A stretch of DNA of 64,000 bases from Fistulifera solaris (taxonomy: Eukaryota), in the NCBI GenBank assembly GCA_030295235.1, contig AP026140.1, positions 248,001-312,000 of the forward strand. The letters run 5' to 3'. Below are positions 35,163 through 48,086 of this stretch, one piece after another (the first letter of the stretch is position 1; every line of letters begins with the position of its first letter). Both the position numbers and the translations under genes were made by a program. The notes beneath the pieces were generated by a model. That model made no database searches. It had not been told where the DNA came from and saw nothing but the letters and a program-made list of their open reading frames with translations.

Positions 35163-38100
35163 ATGTGGAACGGCAACAACAATCCGAACGATCATCGGAA
35201 TCGACATTACCCACCGCAGCCACCGCCAGGCTATCATTACCGTCAATCGCCTCCTACGTACCCCGATCCGCGATATCCCCCGCATCCTCCTCCTCCCTAC
35301 GGTTACGGTGGTCCTTATTGGCCTCCGCCGCATCATCCGCACGGTAGTGAACGCCCCCGGAGCGGCAGTCACGGAGAGAACGTGTATTACCCGGAAGTCC
35401 GGCACCGTTCCGGAGACAGAGAAGAAGATAGGTTTGTGCCCGTCGCACACCCGGATGATGACGAGGAGGTCGCGGATGTCGCCGTGAGTGAAGTAGCTCC
35501 CCGAGGAAAGCCGGAAGCCATGGCGCAAGCATTGGCGGCCGCAAAAATTGAGACAAAGCGTGAAGAAATTGCGGAAATGAAACGCAAAGAGGAGGAACGC
35601 ATGAAGTTTGACGACGACATGGAGGAAGATCCTGTCATGGACGTGGAAGTCGAGGCAGAACCCATTCCAGAAGAAGACGAAGATGACGCCATTGCCGAGC
35701 CAGTAGTTCAGTCATCGTCGTCGATCATCAAGAAACCATCGGAAACGAAAAGAAAAGTCCTACCCGCAAGAAGAAACCAAAGCCGCCGATGTCATCGTCG
35801 AGGTTTGGAAGGGGCCGGCTCAAATCTTTTGAGTCGCCCGGTGGATCCTGTTACCGAAGTGGAGTGGGAAAATTTGGATGCTTTGATGAATCAATTCTGC
35901 CGCGTTCCTTTGTTGGCAGAATTCAGTCGTCCTGTCTCGCTTTTACACCCAGAAGTAAGCATTTCGTAGGGAATGCAGCATTGTTGAGCGATTTACCGGA
36001 CTAACAACGACTTTTTCTGTTTATTGCAGCTTATTTCCACGTATTCAAAAATCGTCAAGCATCCATTGGATCTCGGCCATATATGCCGAGGCATACGTCG
36101 TCGGCAATACAAAAACCTTCGCGATATACGCCTAGACATGTGGCGCGTCTTTGCCAACTGCGTCAAGTATCATTCGCACCCGAACAACAAAGAGGCGGTC
36201 CCCTCCTTTGTTTCAATTGCCTTGCATTTGCGCGAATTCTTTAACAATTTGTGGAACGAACATATGCTACCCTCGGATCTTCCGGAGAACGCTTCTGACA
36301 CTATGAAAGAAATGTTTCAAACGAGACAAAAAGATCGCAAATCAATCATGGAAAGCTCGGGCGTGCTTTCCATTACTCCAAAGATCACCGGCGTTACGTC
36401 TCGTACAATCAAGAAATTCATCAAGGACGGTGGCCGGGTCGATGGGCTGGACAAAGATGCTGTCTTTGGGCCGGATGCAAAAGAAAAAGATAGAGATCTG
36501 GAAGTCGTCGTTGCGAATTTGACAAAGATCGGAGAAAAGGTGATGTCGTGGGATGAGGATTATACTCTTGAAAAATTTTACCAGGAGTTGAAAGCTGTCT
36601 ACACAGTTGATGTTCTGGAAGAGAATCCGGCTCTTCGCAATCGTATTGGCAACCGTATTACACGTATGTTTTGGAAATTGTTTTTGCCCTTGCACGAAGC
36701 AAATTCGAGAGGTGTGTCGCAGTCGAGTATCTGGGGCAACATCGCTGCGACTATCTGGGCCAGAGAAAGCAGTAAGAAACCATTTTGGCCGGCGATTTGC
36801 CTCGGAATTTTGGCTCCAGAAGACCAAAGAGAGTCGTGGCACGAAAGTATTACGCAGCGAAATGAAATGAGGCTCCCGGAGAAGCTTCGAGCGCCGTTGG
36901 AGGCGTCGCGAAACAAGTGTATCTTGGCACAACAGCGACAGCCCCTAAGTTACTTCATGGTTGAGTTTCTTGGAACCCACGAATTTATCTGGGTCCGCGA
37001 AACGGATATCATTGAAAACTTCGATGCTAGCAAAGACCCCAACAAAGATACTTCTTCTTCAAAGAAGAAGCGTGCGTCGAGAAGCGCAACGTCTAGTGTT
37101 ATTGGATCGAAGACTTACGCGACGGCCCTGGAGGAATGTACTTGGGCCATGGAAGAATACGAATCCGTGTTACAGGATTGTTACAATTACACAAGTGTTG
37201 GTGACACTGCCCAGGTCGATGAAGAAGAAGACGGCGATGATGTCAACTACAGCTACGCTGTGTTGGCACAGTCCGATGACGAAGCTGACGACGAAGATAC
37301 TCATGGATACGCTTATGATGATGCGACAATGTCCTTGTCGGATGTAGATGAAGCTAATTTCCTCTTGGAGCATGCAGGCTTACTAGACACTAGTTCCGAA
37401 GGGCGAAAGAATGCTAAAAAAGCGGGCACAGGCCATGAAGAAAAAGAATATCGAAAAGCACGGCGACACAAAGTCAAAGGGACGTAAAGATGTCAAATCA
37501 AAGAAAGACTCGAAACGAAAGGATGCCCAAAGGGCGAAAGACGAAAAAAAGCCGAGAAGCTCAGCGAGCAAAGGACTTGGACCGGGAGTTGAGGAAGGAA
37601 GAAAAGGAATTAGAAAAACGAAGAAAGAAGCGTATGCGAGAGCGAGAGAAGGCTCTTCGACTAGAGACCCGCAAAAATAAAAAGCGGAGGTCGAGTCTCG
37701 GTAATGAAGACGATGATCGCGGACTGACTCTCGATAAACGAGCCCGAGCGACGGCGATAGTAAAAGCGTATCTGACTCGGCTTGCGCAAGATGACGATTA
37801 TAAAAATCTTGGTATTGGTGGGGTAATGAACATCCCTGCGGTAATGATTGACTCCACTGGACTTCTCGGAATGGCACTCGCTTTTCGATCTGCTGCTGGC
37901 GAGATTCCTGTCCCCGATGATGGGGACGATTCGATGGCTAAATTGAAGCCCTGGGCTGCTGTTGACACGGAATCGCACAAAACAAGTGCTGAGCGTATTG
38001 AAGCTCTTCAGACCAAGATACGACTTCTAGAAGACCACATTGAGAAAAAGAGAATCAATATTAAGATACGAGAGGAGCTGACACAGGAAGCAATATCCAA

Positions 38101-38431
38101 ACGGATTCGTATGGAAGAGAGAATTGTTGCGGACGATGAGCTGGCGCGCCGCAATCCATACAAGAAAAAGAAGCGCTACCCTTCACCGAAATCGACGACG
38201 AAGTCGAATCTGTCAAAGGAAGCAAATGACGAGGCTGAAGACGACGAGGAGGAGGAGGAGGAAGAAGAAGATGATGCTGGAAGTGAGAAGCTAGGGAGGG
38301 AGGACGACGACAACGGTGACGATGAAGATGACGACGACGACAAAACTCTTGAAAGTACCAATCGCTCCGATGAAGATGTAGAGAGTGCAGCGTCAGCTGA
38401 CATCGACGCCATGGACGTTGAAAACTCTTAA
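35163..38431 (+). CDS. Chromatin reader with bromodomain and PWWP domain, coiled coil and acidic tail
   Basis: EFSRPV..YSKIVKHPLDL..DMWRVFANCVKYH (bromodomain); IWA..PFWPAI..VEFLGTHEFIWV (PWWP); intron ~35954-36029; frameshifts ~37420-37500. Confidence 0.85.
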
Positions 38432-38476
38432 AGTGTACTCCCTATTTAGAATATCCTGCCATAGTCTCAATCATAA

Positions 38477-40259
38477 TTAATCGTTCACGGCATCCAAGTG
38501 GGGCTCGAATCGAAAATGATGATCTCTCTTGTTTTGTCTCATAATTTCGAGAAAAGTTTGCTCGTAGCCAGAGAAGATTAGATGATCTTGAGGATAAAAA
38601 ATAAATTAGCTTGACAAGTGCGAAAATCATTCCATGATATGTGGCTGCTGACACGACCTACCTTCTGCCATCCTACGTGTCACGTCAATCTCAGAGAAAA
38701 AATCATTCGGTACGTAGCATCCTGCCATGCCCACCCCGTCTCTATAAATATGGATCACTTTCCCAGGAACGAAAATCTGCGGCCTGATGCGATTTGTGAC
38801 ATCCCTTTCAATCAAATGACCAAAGTGCTCTCGAATGAGCGGAGTAATCGTCTTACGGATTTTGCGAACCGCATCATCGCTGAAAAGTACAGAGTTGAAA
38901 CCTTTCAGTGCTTTCAGAATGCTATCGATGTCTCGCTGACTATACGGAATCCAATCAAACTCCTGCATAAGACACAATTCACGTACGTGAAAAGATAAGA
39001 AAGAACGCTGCAATGTTCGTACCCAATACCGTACCCATGAAACGTACCACTAGATTGAGCAGAAGATTGGTAATTGTAGCCGCACTGCACCGCGGAATCG
39101 CATCCGAATCATTAACAACAGTGGTGATGAAAGTCGACTTTTCGGCCAAATCTTTGGAGAGGCACGCCGGGCAACCGAAACCAACGACCTCGACTTCGAA
39201 ATTGCTCAATTCGTTGAACTCGATACCTGCAATCGACGCTGCACCCGCGCCCAGCGAATGTCCCACTAATTTGAGTTTGATCTTGGACCTCCCCGCCTTT
39301 CTACAAATTTCTTCTAACGTTGCTCTATGTTTTTCGAATAAAAACTTTCCACCTTTCAATATGTAACCATGCGCCTTGCCTCCTCGATACCGTTCCGAAT
39401 CACACAAAATATCGGTGATCGCATCCGCAATGGATTTGGTTCCTCGCACCCCCATGATCACTTCCAAAGGCGGTGCCGTCAAAAATCCTTTCGTCTCTTG
39501 ATGACGCGGAATGGCGACATAATGCGCGGGCTCTCCGGGCGCACTGTCGACATTCGCATACACTAAATCTGCCGGGACGGCGGCTCCACTCAATCCTTTT
39601 TCAATGTCGGTGACCGTGTCCGCATACGCCAGTAGGGCCAATTCGAGATCGCGGTTGAGTTCATCCACCTTGTCCAAGTCAATGGTGGAACAAAATCGGT
39701 GCATGCGCGCCTTCCAACTCGGATTCTTTCGTTCATCTTCGCGCTCCAAGTAATATATAAAAGTTGTGGGTGTCAATTTGGACAAATCAATGCCTCCGAC
39801 ATATTTATCGGCGACTTGTTGAATGAGCGCGACGTACGTTTTGACCAATTCAAAGACTTCCTCAATGGTTAAATTATCGTGCAACTCTCCTTTTTGCATC
39901 TTGTCGCGGGCTTGTGCTACGAGATCCGCCAAAGCTTCATTTTTCGCTTCCTCATTCCCACTAATCAGTGACATGAAACCGGTCGCGATTTGTTGAAAGG
40001 CCATGATGGTCTCTTGCTCGCGTTTGTCTGGTGCGTCCGTTGTTTTGTCGTCGTCAAGTGCGACTGCTTTTTGGAAGGTCTCTTTGATATTAGCGATATC
40101 GAACGGAAAATCGGTCGGTGGGCGTTCTAATAGCGTTCGAGACGTGTGAAAGGATGTAGCAGCGACTACTGTAGCCAACAAGGCACGCGTCGTCGTTGCC
40201 GGAACGAAGATTCTTCGTGAAACGGACCTCCGTAACTTTGTCGCTGACGATCGAAACAT
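38477..40259 (-). CDS. Class 3 lipase (DAG-lipase-like), probably mitochondrion-targeted
   Basis: VRGTKS, GHSLGAG, DAIPR, PGKVIHI, and a catalytic His in E|DH after an intron ~38661-38588; a second intron near 39050-38975. Confidence 0.85.
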
Positions 40260-41063
40260 GCGACCGGCTTTACCGGGAAATGATCTACTCTAATGAAGCC
40301 GATAGATCAGTCGATAACAAGGAGATCTTTTTAGCTGAAGGAAAAAGAGACCTTGGTTATAATAACAAATACTTGTAGTAGTAGCTTTGCGTTATTCATT
40401 CGCGGCTTTTTGCAACGGTTATTGGCATGGAAAAAAAAACGATGCAAGAGGTGCGAAAAAGTCGTCCGGTAAAAACGTGACTATACTTCATAGTGGTATA
40501 AAAACCTTCCATCCGGTACTCGCAGCGAAGAACGGAACGCTTTCCGCCTGTACTTTATAAACGATAGTGCAATGCGATCGATCCCAAACGCGACCGGGAA
40601 GAATAAGAGGGACGACGACGTCGACTTTATTTATTGCGACCGAATGGGGGCTTATCATGACGATAAAAGAGATTCAGTGCATTGATTTAGGTATAAAAAG
40701 TCAAATCAAAGCTCAAAGTTTGTCATAACAAAGCAAGGAAGGTTTTTGTCTGAAAAATAAACTCGTCAAATCGCGTAGAGAAGCCCTATTCCCCCGCAAC
40801 AATCATCATCATGCCTTCTCCGCGTACGGCTGCTTCGTTCACAGGAAAGCGTGAAAAACGTGTCGAATTTTCTCCGTCGCTTGAATCGATCGACCAGGAG
40901 CAATCCGAGTCACCGCACCATTCGAGTGCCGTCCCATGGGATACCGAGACAGGTACGGACTGCTGTGCTCTCGGATCTAATTATTGAAATGTGTTCTCTC
41001 GTTTCTCAGTCTTTTTGTGTCTTTTGTTTAGACCACATGCTCTCGTATTTTCTCGGCGGAGAA

Positions 41064-42734
41064 ATGGGACACGGCCCAACTCCCACATTCTCGACGGCCG
41101 ACTCCTCGAGCAAAAAATATTACGAAGACGAGGAGGAGGCACCTCCGACGACACCGGCTGTTCCTTATTTTTATGCGGGGGCTCATCGTCGCAACAATAA
41201 TAAAACCGAATCGTCGTTGCAACCCATGGCCGCTTCCTTGATTACCGGTGGACCCATGGTCCGACAACAAATATTGCGACAGTCCTCCTCGACGCACACG
41301 ATGGATTCCTTGGAAAATCCTTCACCGATTTCACCCGCTGCCTTGATTGGGAATGCACACGAAAATTTAATGTTACCGCACAGTGATGATATTTCTCCCC
41401 TCATTGCCTTTCAACGGCAGCAGATGACGTCTTCGGATGCGAAGCCCATGGCGTTTTCGCAAACGATGGGAAATCGACAAGAAAGAGTGATTCCGCCACG
41501 ACCTCAGAACGGAGAAGTAACCTATCAAGATCCGAAAAACACCGAGACGAGTCAACAACAGCAACAACAACAACACATGGCTTGGTTACAAGAGATTAAT
41601 GCCCGCGCTAAAATGGCGGGTCCGTCGTCCACGAGTACACAGTTTGTAGCACCGCCCATGCCGATGCAACCCATGATGGCGTATTTTCCTCATCCTCATT
41701 TAATGGCGCAACACCCGTACTTGTTTGCGGCCGCCATGGCGCAACAACAGCAACAACAAGACTCTACAACTCCGGTCGAAAGTGAGGAGAAACGAGTGAA
41801 GCGTTTGGAACGCAATCGAGAGAGTGCTCGGAAAAGCCGTCGGAGGAAGAAGGAACGTTTGGAGACGTTGGAAGCCAAGGTGAACCAATTGCACGAGCAA
41901 ATCGAGAACGAACGCAAGACATTGATTCATGTCATGATTGAAAATACCAAGTCGTGGAGATGTGCGGAAATGGAGAAAGGACAGGTACCGTCCGAGCAGG
42001 TGGTTCGTTACACCAGTCCCTTTAGTCCCCTCACTCGTGCGGTCACGGAGTTTCAATACAATCGGTTACGGCAAGTGACGCTTCCGGGGTATCACAAATT
42101 CTTGTTGTGGTGTGTTTCACGAGAAGATGCTTTTTACACGTCGGCTCGAGAACAGTATGTTAAGCGTGTGGGGAACTCGGGAGGTGCCAACCGCTCGTCG
42201 GCCAACAAGATTAGTTCCAAACAGATCGGGGAAGAGTTGTTCAATGCTGGTACAAAGGTAGAAGAGAAAGAAGACCGACAGTTTCCGGCATCGTCGTTTA
42301 CGGATGATTATGAGAAAACGTGGCCATTGATATGTTTCGAAATGAAATTCAGCGTTGATCAGGAAGAGAAATTCATGGCATGTCGGAAGAAAGCCCGCGA
42401 GATTCCCAATTTGGATTACATTCAGTCGGAGACGACCACAGCGGTCCGGACGGTCGAAAGCTTGAGCTCGGCGGTCGAATCGGTCAGTTACGCCGTGGGG
42501 AGACGTGAAGAAGCATCGTTGAATTCCATTTTGACTCCGGCACAGACGGCTGCCTATCAAGGGTGGCTAGCGCGAAACCGTAATAAGTGTCATCAAGCTT
42601 TCCACCGAGCGCAAGTGGATCCGTTGCCGGCAGCAGCCACCAGCGAGGCGGGTGTCATTCCAGCCAAGGATACCTCTCTGGTCGACATCTGCCGACGACT
42701 GAATGAGGTTCTTCGAATTTCTAAGCCGCAGTGA
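41064..42734 (+). CDS. bZIP transcription factor
   Basis: EEKRVKRLERNRESARKSRRRKKERLETLE basic region plus zipper; poly-Q tracts. Start uncertain (frame open from 40851). Confidence 0.88.
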   Translation: MGHGPTPTFSTADSSSKKYYEDEEEAPPTTPAVPYFYAGAHRRNNNKTESSLQPMAASLITGGPMVRQQILRQSSSTHTMDSLENPSPISPAALIGNAHENLMLPHSDDISPLIAFQRQQMTSSDAKPMAFSQTMGNRQERVIPPRPQNGEVTYQDPKNTETSQQQQQQQHMAWLQEINARAKMAGPSSTSTQFVAPPMPMQPMMAYFPHPHLMAQHPYLFAAAMAQQQQQQDSTTPVESEEKRVKRLERNRESARKSRRRKKERLETLEAKVNQLHEQIENERKTLIHVMIENTKSWRCAEMEKGQVPSEQVVRYTSPFSPLTRAVTEFQYNRLRQVTLPGYHKFLLWCVSREDAFYTSAREQYVKRVGNSGGANRSSANKISSKQIGEELFNAGTKVEEKEDRQFPASSFTDDYEKTWPLICFEMKFSVDQEEKFMACRKKAREIPNLDYIQSETTTAVRTVESLSSAVESVSYAVGRREEASLNSILTPAQTAAYQGWLARNRNKCHQAFHRAQVDPLPAAATSEAGVIPAKDTSLVDICRRLNEVLRISKPQ

Positions 42735-42924
42735 ATAGTGTTGAATTTGTGAAACCATTAAAGCTTTATAGACTATATCATTATACACGTAATCAATGGA
42801 AATAACAAACTTAGATTACAGTGACGCGTTGAGAAGTGTGGATTCGTTCGTTGTCAAAATCAAAAATCATATGATCCACGAAGCTCTCTTCGGCGAAAGA
42901 GCTATGCATTCAGCTATACTTCTT

Positions 42925-43783
42925 CTATCCTGTACTACCTTGAGAATGTATCGATCTAGATGCTTGGGCGTTCTCGTAATGCTGTGGCGGCGAAGGATAC
43001 TGGTTCCCAGGCGGAGGAGGATAAAACGGCTGATGACCTCCGCCCATCCAGTTTGGTCCGCTGGGATAAGAAGGTCCGTAATTTCGGTGCATGTGAGGGG
43101 GCATGTGATTTGGGGGACTTGCGTAATACCCTCGATAATCGGGCGGAGGAGGACCTTGGTGATAGGGCAATGGCGGAGGACCCAGCGATGGTGGTGATTG
43201 ATGGGAGTAATATGGCTGATGAGGAAATGGGGCCGTTGCCCTTGCTGCCGTTTCCGATGGACTGTTTGCCATGCCTCTTCCGAGATCGTTGTCGACTGGT
43301 GTTAACGTTGGAACCATCACGAGCACTTCCTGAAGGTAATCAAACATCATGTGAGTCTACAATTAGAAAACGAGGACACTTTAACATCATATCTCACTCA
43401 CTTTGTCATCTTTTTTCTTCTCCGTTTCGACCATGAATTCTTCTTAGCTCCATATTTTCGTTGTGTAACCTCCGAAGGACATCTACACTTTTCCCTATCA
43501 GATCCAAACGAGTCGATCCAGCGTTATCGACCGTATCCAAATCTGCTGCGTCCCCGACTGATTTCCTTCTTCGCTTTTGTTGCCGATTTGACATCGATTC
43601 CGATGCTTCCTCCGGATCTATCAAGGACAATATTGCCGCTAATTCGTCAAATGCGTTGGCTAAATCCGATCGGCGTTGTCTCTCGCGCTGTCGCTTTCGT
43701 TCCGATTTAGTCGACTCATCTCCGCCCGCAATATCAGCATCCAAATCTTCTCCCGTAAAAGCAGTCTCTCTTACGTTTTCCAT
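42925..43783 (-). CDS. bHLH transcription factor with Pro-rich C-terminus
   Basis: KRQRERQRRSDLANAFDELAAIL ... TRLDLIGKSVDVLRRL; intron ~43401-43330. Confidence 0.78.
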
Positions 43784-44607
43784 TCTATAATTAACACATT
43801 GCCTTCCTGAGTTTATTATTCGATTTGAATTTTAGATGCTCTATGTCGCAACTTCGGGTCGAGTGAAATCGAAAACCCAGAGTTTTTCGTCTACTTACCG
43901 TATGGACGAGAAATGACATTGCTGGCGGTCGCTGCTGCCAATAGTGAGTACCCTCTTTTCTACACAACAATCTTGCAATTTCAAATAATTAGGGGAGCTA
44001 AAGGCCTTTCACGGAAATGTGTCGTCATTGCCAGCGCACGTACGACTGAACTAGTATGAATAACGTACGTGTCCGATGAGGAAAAGAGCCTCACAACTCT
44101 ATCAAGCGCACGTGCCTTTTGTGATAACAGCGTGGCTTTCGGCTTTCATTACATTGGTATAAGGTTTTGTTTAAAGTCTTAGAGTTAAGGTTAACGGATG
44201 ATTTGCCCCTCCACCGCAAGACCGCACGTTTCGATCTGCGATACAAGGTGCGAAATAGATTGTGTACTACGCTCCCTAAGTATAAATAACTTCATCATAG
44301 TAAAATCCATCCTAATTTTGAGGAGATTCATTGAGTACCTTTTTCTCAGTACTCCAATGTCATAGTATCCGTCCGAGCGATCGAACTTACTGGACGCTGC
44401 TTGTTAACAAACGATTGCTCTTGGACGATAGGCAGTTTTCTTATTACACCTCACAAAACATTAGCGAGGGATGTTGGAAGTCACAATTAGGAAACCAGAC
44501 GTTGCGATGCGTTCGGAGAGTGATGCGTTTCAGCCTTGTTGCCGGGGCGATATTCGCTCTTCGAGAACACAAATGCAACAAGCCAATCTCTCTACAAGGA
44601 AGTGAGC

Positions 44608-47507
44608 ATGAAGTTCTTCCTTCCGACTCGACTAGCCACGGCTAGTCTTCTTCTCTCTTCTGCTGCAGCAGCTAGCGGAAAGGCCCATGATGAAGATAGC
44701 AGCTTTTGGAACCGATTTTTGCAAACAGATGGTGCTCAGAGTTTGACACCTGCGCCCACCACGCCTCGTACCCCCGCACCCACTTCTCCTCCGTCGGAGG
44801 CTCCCTCGCAAAGTGTTGGCTGTTTGGTCGCCGTGGAGCTCACTTGCGCTACCAGCTCGGGAGCATCCTGCGACACAATTGCACCTCCGCCGTCCTTCCA
44901 GTGCTCTGCCGGTGCCGACATTGACACGCTCACATTCGCTTACCAAGGAACGCCCTGCAACCCCAGCGGCAACTCTCAGGGAACCGAGGCTACATGCGTT
45001 GACAGTGCACCGTTGACCCCTGAAACGCAGGTCACCGTTGAATGCGTTGACGCTGCCAACGGATCGCCGATGACCGTCGAGCCCAACGTCGTGGATCCCA
45101 CCATTTTCGTCGTCACTGGCCCCGGTGGTGCAATCCTCCCTGAGAAGATTACTTGCACTATCTTCGCCGCTGCTGATGACACCCAGCTTCAGACCAACAC
45201 CATCGACACGGGTGTCAACGCCCCGCTCAACCTTCAAGACACTTTCGGTGCGCTTCAACTCTTGTCATGTGATGACCTCACATGCATCGAGACACTGGCG
45301 TACAACGTGAACATGGAGAACATCGGAACAGTCATTATGGACATCACGTTGGCCTCTTTCACTTTCAACGGAATCAACGAAGACTTTTTGCCTTTCATTC
45401 CCATTAACCCGCTTGAACCTGGTCAGTCAACTTCGGTTGATCTCAGACAGCTGATTGAGATCTGTGAGGGTGGCAGCTTCGCTGCTGCAGTCAGAGTTGA
45501 GGCTACTCCTCCTAACAACGACATTTGCCAAGATCAGCAGTCCTACGAGTTCAATGTGACTCCGCCTGTACCAGTGCCAGTCCCTGTTCCCGTTCCTGTG
45601 CCGGTGCCGGTGCCCGTTCCTGCACCTCTTCCTGTGCCTGTTCCTGTTCCAGTCCCTGTGCCGGTACCTGTGCCCGCTCCTTTGCCGGTTCCTGTCCCTG
45701 TGGTCACACCGGAACCAACGGTTCCTCGAACAGAGGCTCCCGTGCCGGTCCCTGTGCCGGTGCCGGTTCCCGTTCCCGTTCCCGTTCCTGTGCCCGTTCC
45801 GGTCCCAGTCCCAGTCCCTGTGCCGGTGCCCGCCCCTGTACCTGCTCCGCTCCCGTCGCCTACTCCGGACACCTCGGCCGCTCCTACCACAGAGTGCAAC
45901 CTCTTCGTCGCAGCCGAATGTACGATTCAGTCCGGTCAGTTCCAAGGCTTCACGTGCGAGTCCCCTGGTATTGGAATCGAACCGTGCCGTCAGCGTCCTA
46001 CTGGAGCTACCATGCTTTACAATGGTGGAGACTGCTCTCAGAGTGACAACCGTCAGTTCCTCAAGTTCACTTGTCAAGATTTCGGAGACGGTCCTCCCAC
46101 TGAATTGGGAACAGAGTCTTGGATTGTTGTCACGGACTTGACAGGCCAGGTTGTTTACCACGAAGACTTTGTCCCGGTCGGAGAGAACTACTTCCTCCGT
46201 ACTCCTCCCGACCAAGAACGCTTCGTGCCTGATCAGATCATCAACATTTACAGCTCGTCGGATGCCACCGAGGCTACCTTACTTCAAACCATGCAGTACC
46301 ACAGTTCGTGCTCTAGTAACCTGGAGCTCAAGAACCGTTTCGAGCAAGTCAGTTGGTTGAGTTCATCAATGAACTCCAGGGTAATGTCACCTGCTTCAAC
46401 GACGCCAACTTTGGATTTGATATCGTTGTCCCTGTTACCATTGATGGTGATGCCGCTGAGATCATCACGCTCACGGCGCAGACCAACTTTGCCGGACTTC
46501 TTGACTTGAGTGACCAGGTGGCTGGCCAAATCGTTCAACCTGGTGACACCATCTCTGCAAGTATCACCACCTCGTTCGATTTAAGTACGCGACAGAGATA
46601 CACCTTGTTGATTCAGGTTACGGCCTCGGCGATCCCCACCGGTACTATCTGCCAAGGAACCAACTTCACCGAGTTTTTGGCTGGTAACCCGCCTCCCATT
46701 GGAAGTACAACAGAGGCACCTACCCGAGGCCCGACGATCTCGCCCGCACCCACACCTGACCCAGAGACCACCGCCTGCAGCGTCGAGGGAGAAATCATTT
46801 GCCAGACTCTTGATGATCAAGGCCGCGTTGCTAGCTTCTGTGATGATGTCGGTGATCCTAGCGAGAGCGTGTGCGGTGGTGACTTGGAGGCAACTGCTCT
46901 TGGATTCCGCTACAATGGTGGAGCCGGTTACCCTGAGCAAATTTGGTTCACGTTGGCTGGAGGTCGCACTGGAACCGTTGTCAGTCAGCGCCTGTCGGTT
47001 GGCGAGCGCGCTTATGGAGAAGGTGACTTCCGAGGAGAAGCGTTCGTTATTGTGACTGAGGTGAACGCTGCCGGTACGGGCCCTGGTGACTTTATTGAGC
47101 AGTTCCAGTTTGATACGAGCTGCACTGAAGGCGAGGAAGTTCTACGCTTGACGGATATCTATGGATCTCTTGAGCTAACTGACTATCGCAACGCTCTCGG
47201 AGTTCGATCAAGTCTCAGCAACGTCCGCATGTCCTACTTCGTGCGCAACTTGTTGGGCATTGCGATGATTGCCGAGGATGCCTTTGTCGATAGCGACTTC
47301 CAGGAGCTTGTCTCCGACTACATTCCCGACCCGACTGAAATTGAATTGGGTCCGAGACAACGCACTATTGTGCACGAGGAAACTCGTCCCGTTGATTTCG
47401 GCGCCAAGTTCGCCAATGGCGAAACTCTTTCGTTCTTTATGAATGTGACTGGTCGTGGTGAAGCTAGCTCCTTGGAGTGCTTTGACGACTTGTCGTATTC
47501 GTTTTAG
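44608..47507 (+). CDS. Secreted Cys-rich repeat protein with (Pro-Val)n linkers (cell-wall or adhesion candidate)
   Basis: Signal peptide [21 protein letters not shown], three related Cys-containing modules, PV tracts at 45563-45855; frameshift ~46342. Confidence 0.75.
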
Positions 47508-48086
47508 GACAATTAATATTTTTAGTCATAGTTATTACATTTAAAACCAACTTGTGAACTCCGAAAAATCGTCTTTTTATTCTCGCCTTCGACGTCAACC
47601 ATAGGATAGATAACACCACTATCAATGGAGACTTTCTAGAGTTGCTTGCACGCCTCTCGGGAGAATTCAAAGGAAGCTTCAAGATCGGGGGGCCCATCCT
47701 AGCTACGGAGTAGATGCTGACTCAACATTATAATCGGGTTCAAAATCACCACGGCCCAAGCAGTACGATTGATGTTGTTGTTGTTGTTGCTGCTGCAAGA
47801 TATGCTTAGGCTTTGGTAGAACTGCCTCTTTGCGTTGCGTTTATTTAGGGTGTCGACTTGTGGCCTTGACCTCGCATTTTTATTGTCACCCAGTTTTTAC
47901 GACTGGACTATTTAGTCATGAATAACTTGGAGCCGCGCATCATCGCACGTTTTCATTGCATCGATCGCATCTCCAAACTTCCAACTTCTTGCCGACAATA
48001 ATAATACGCGGTTATCATCTTTATTGATCTTTGTTATCACTTTACTTACCGGTCATTCCTTCATACAACCTGAGCAAGGTCAGAGA

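Noticed and set aside
45543..45899. Gly-Thr repeat ORF on the minus strand
   Set aside because: It is the antisense shadow of the (Pro-Val)n tract.
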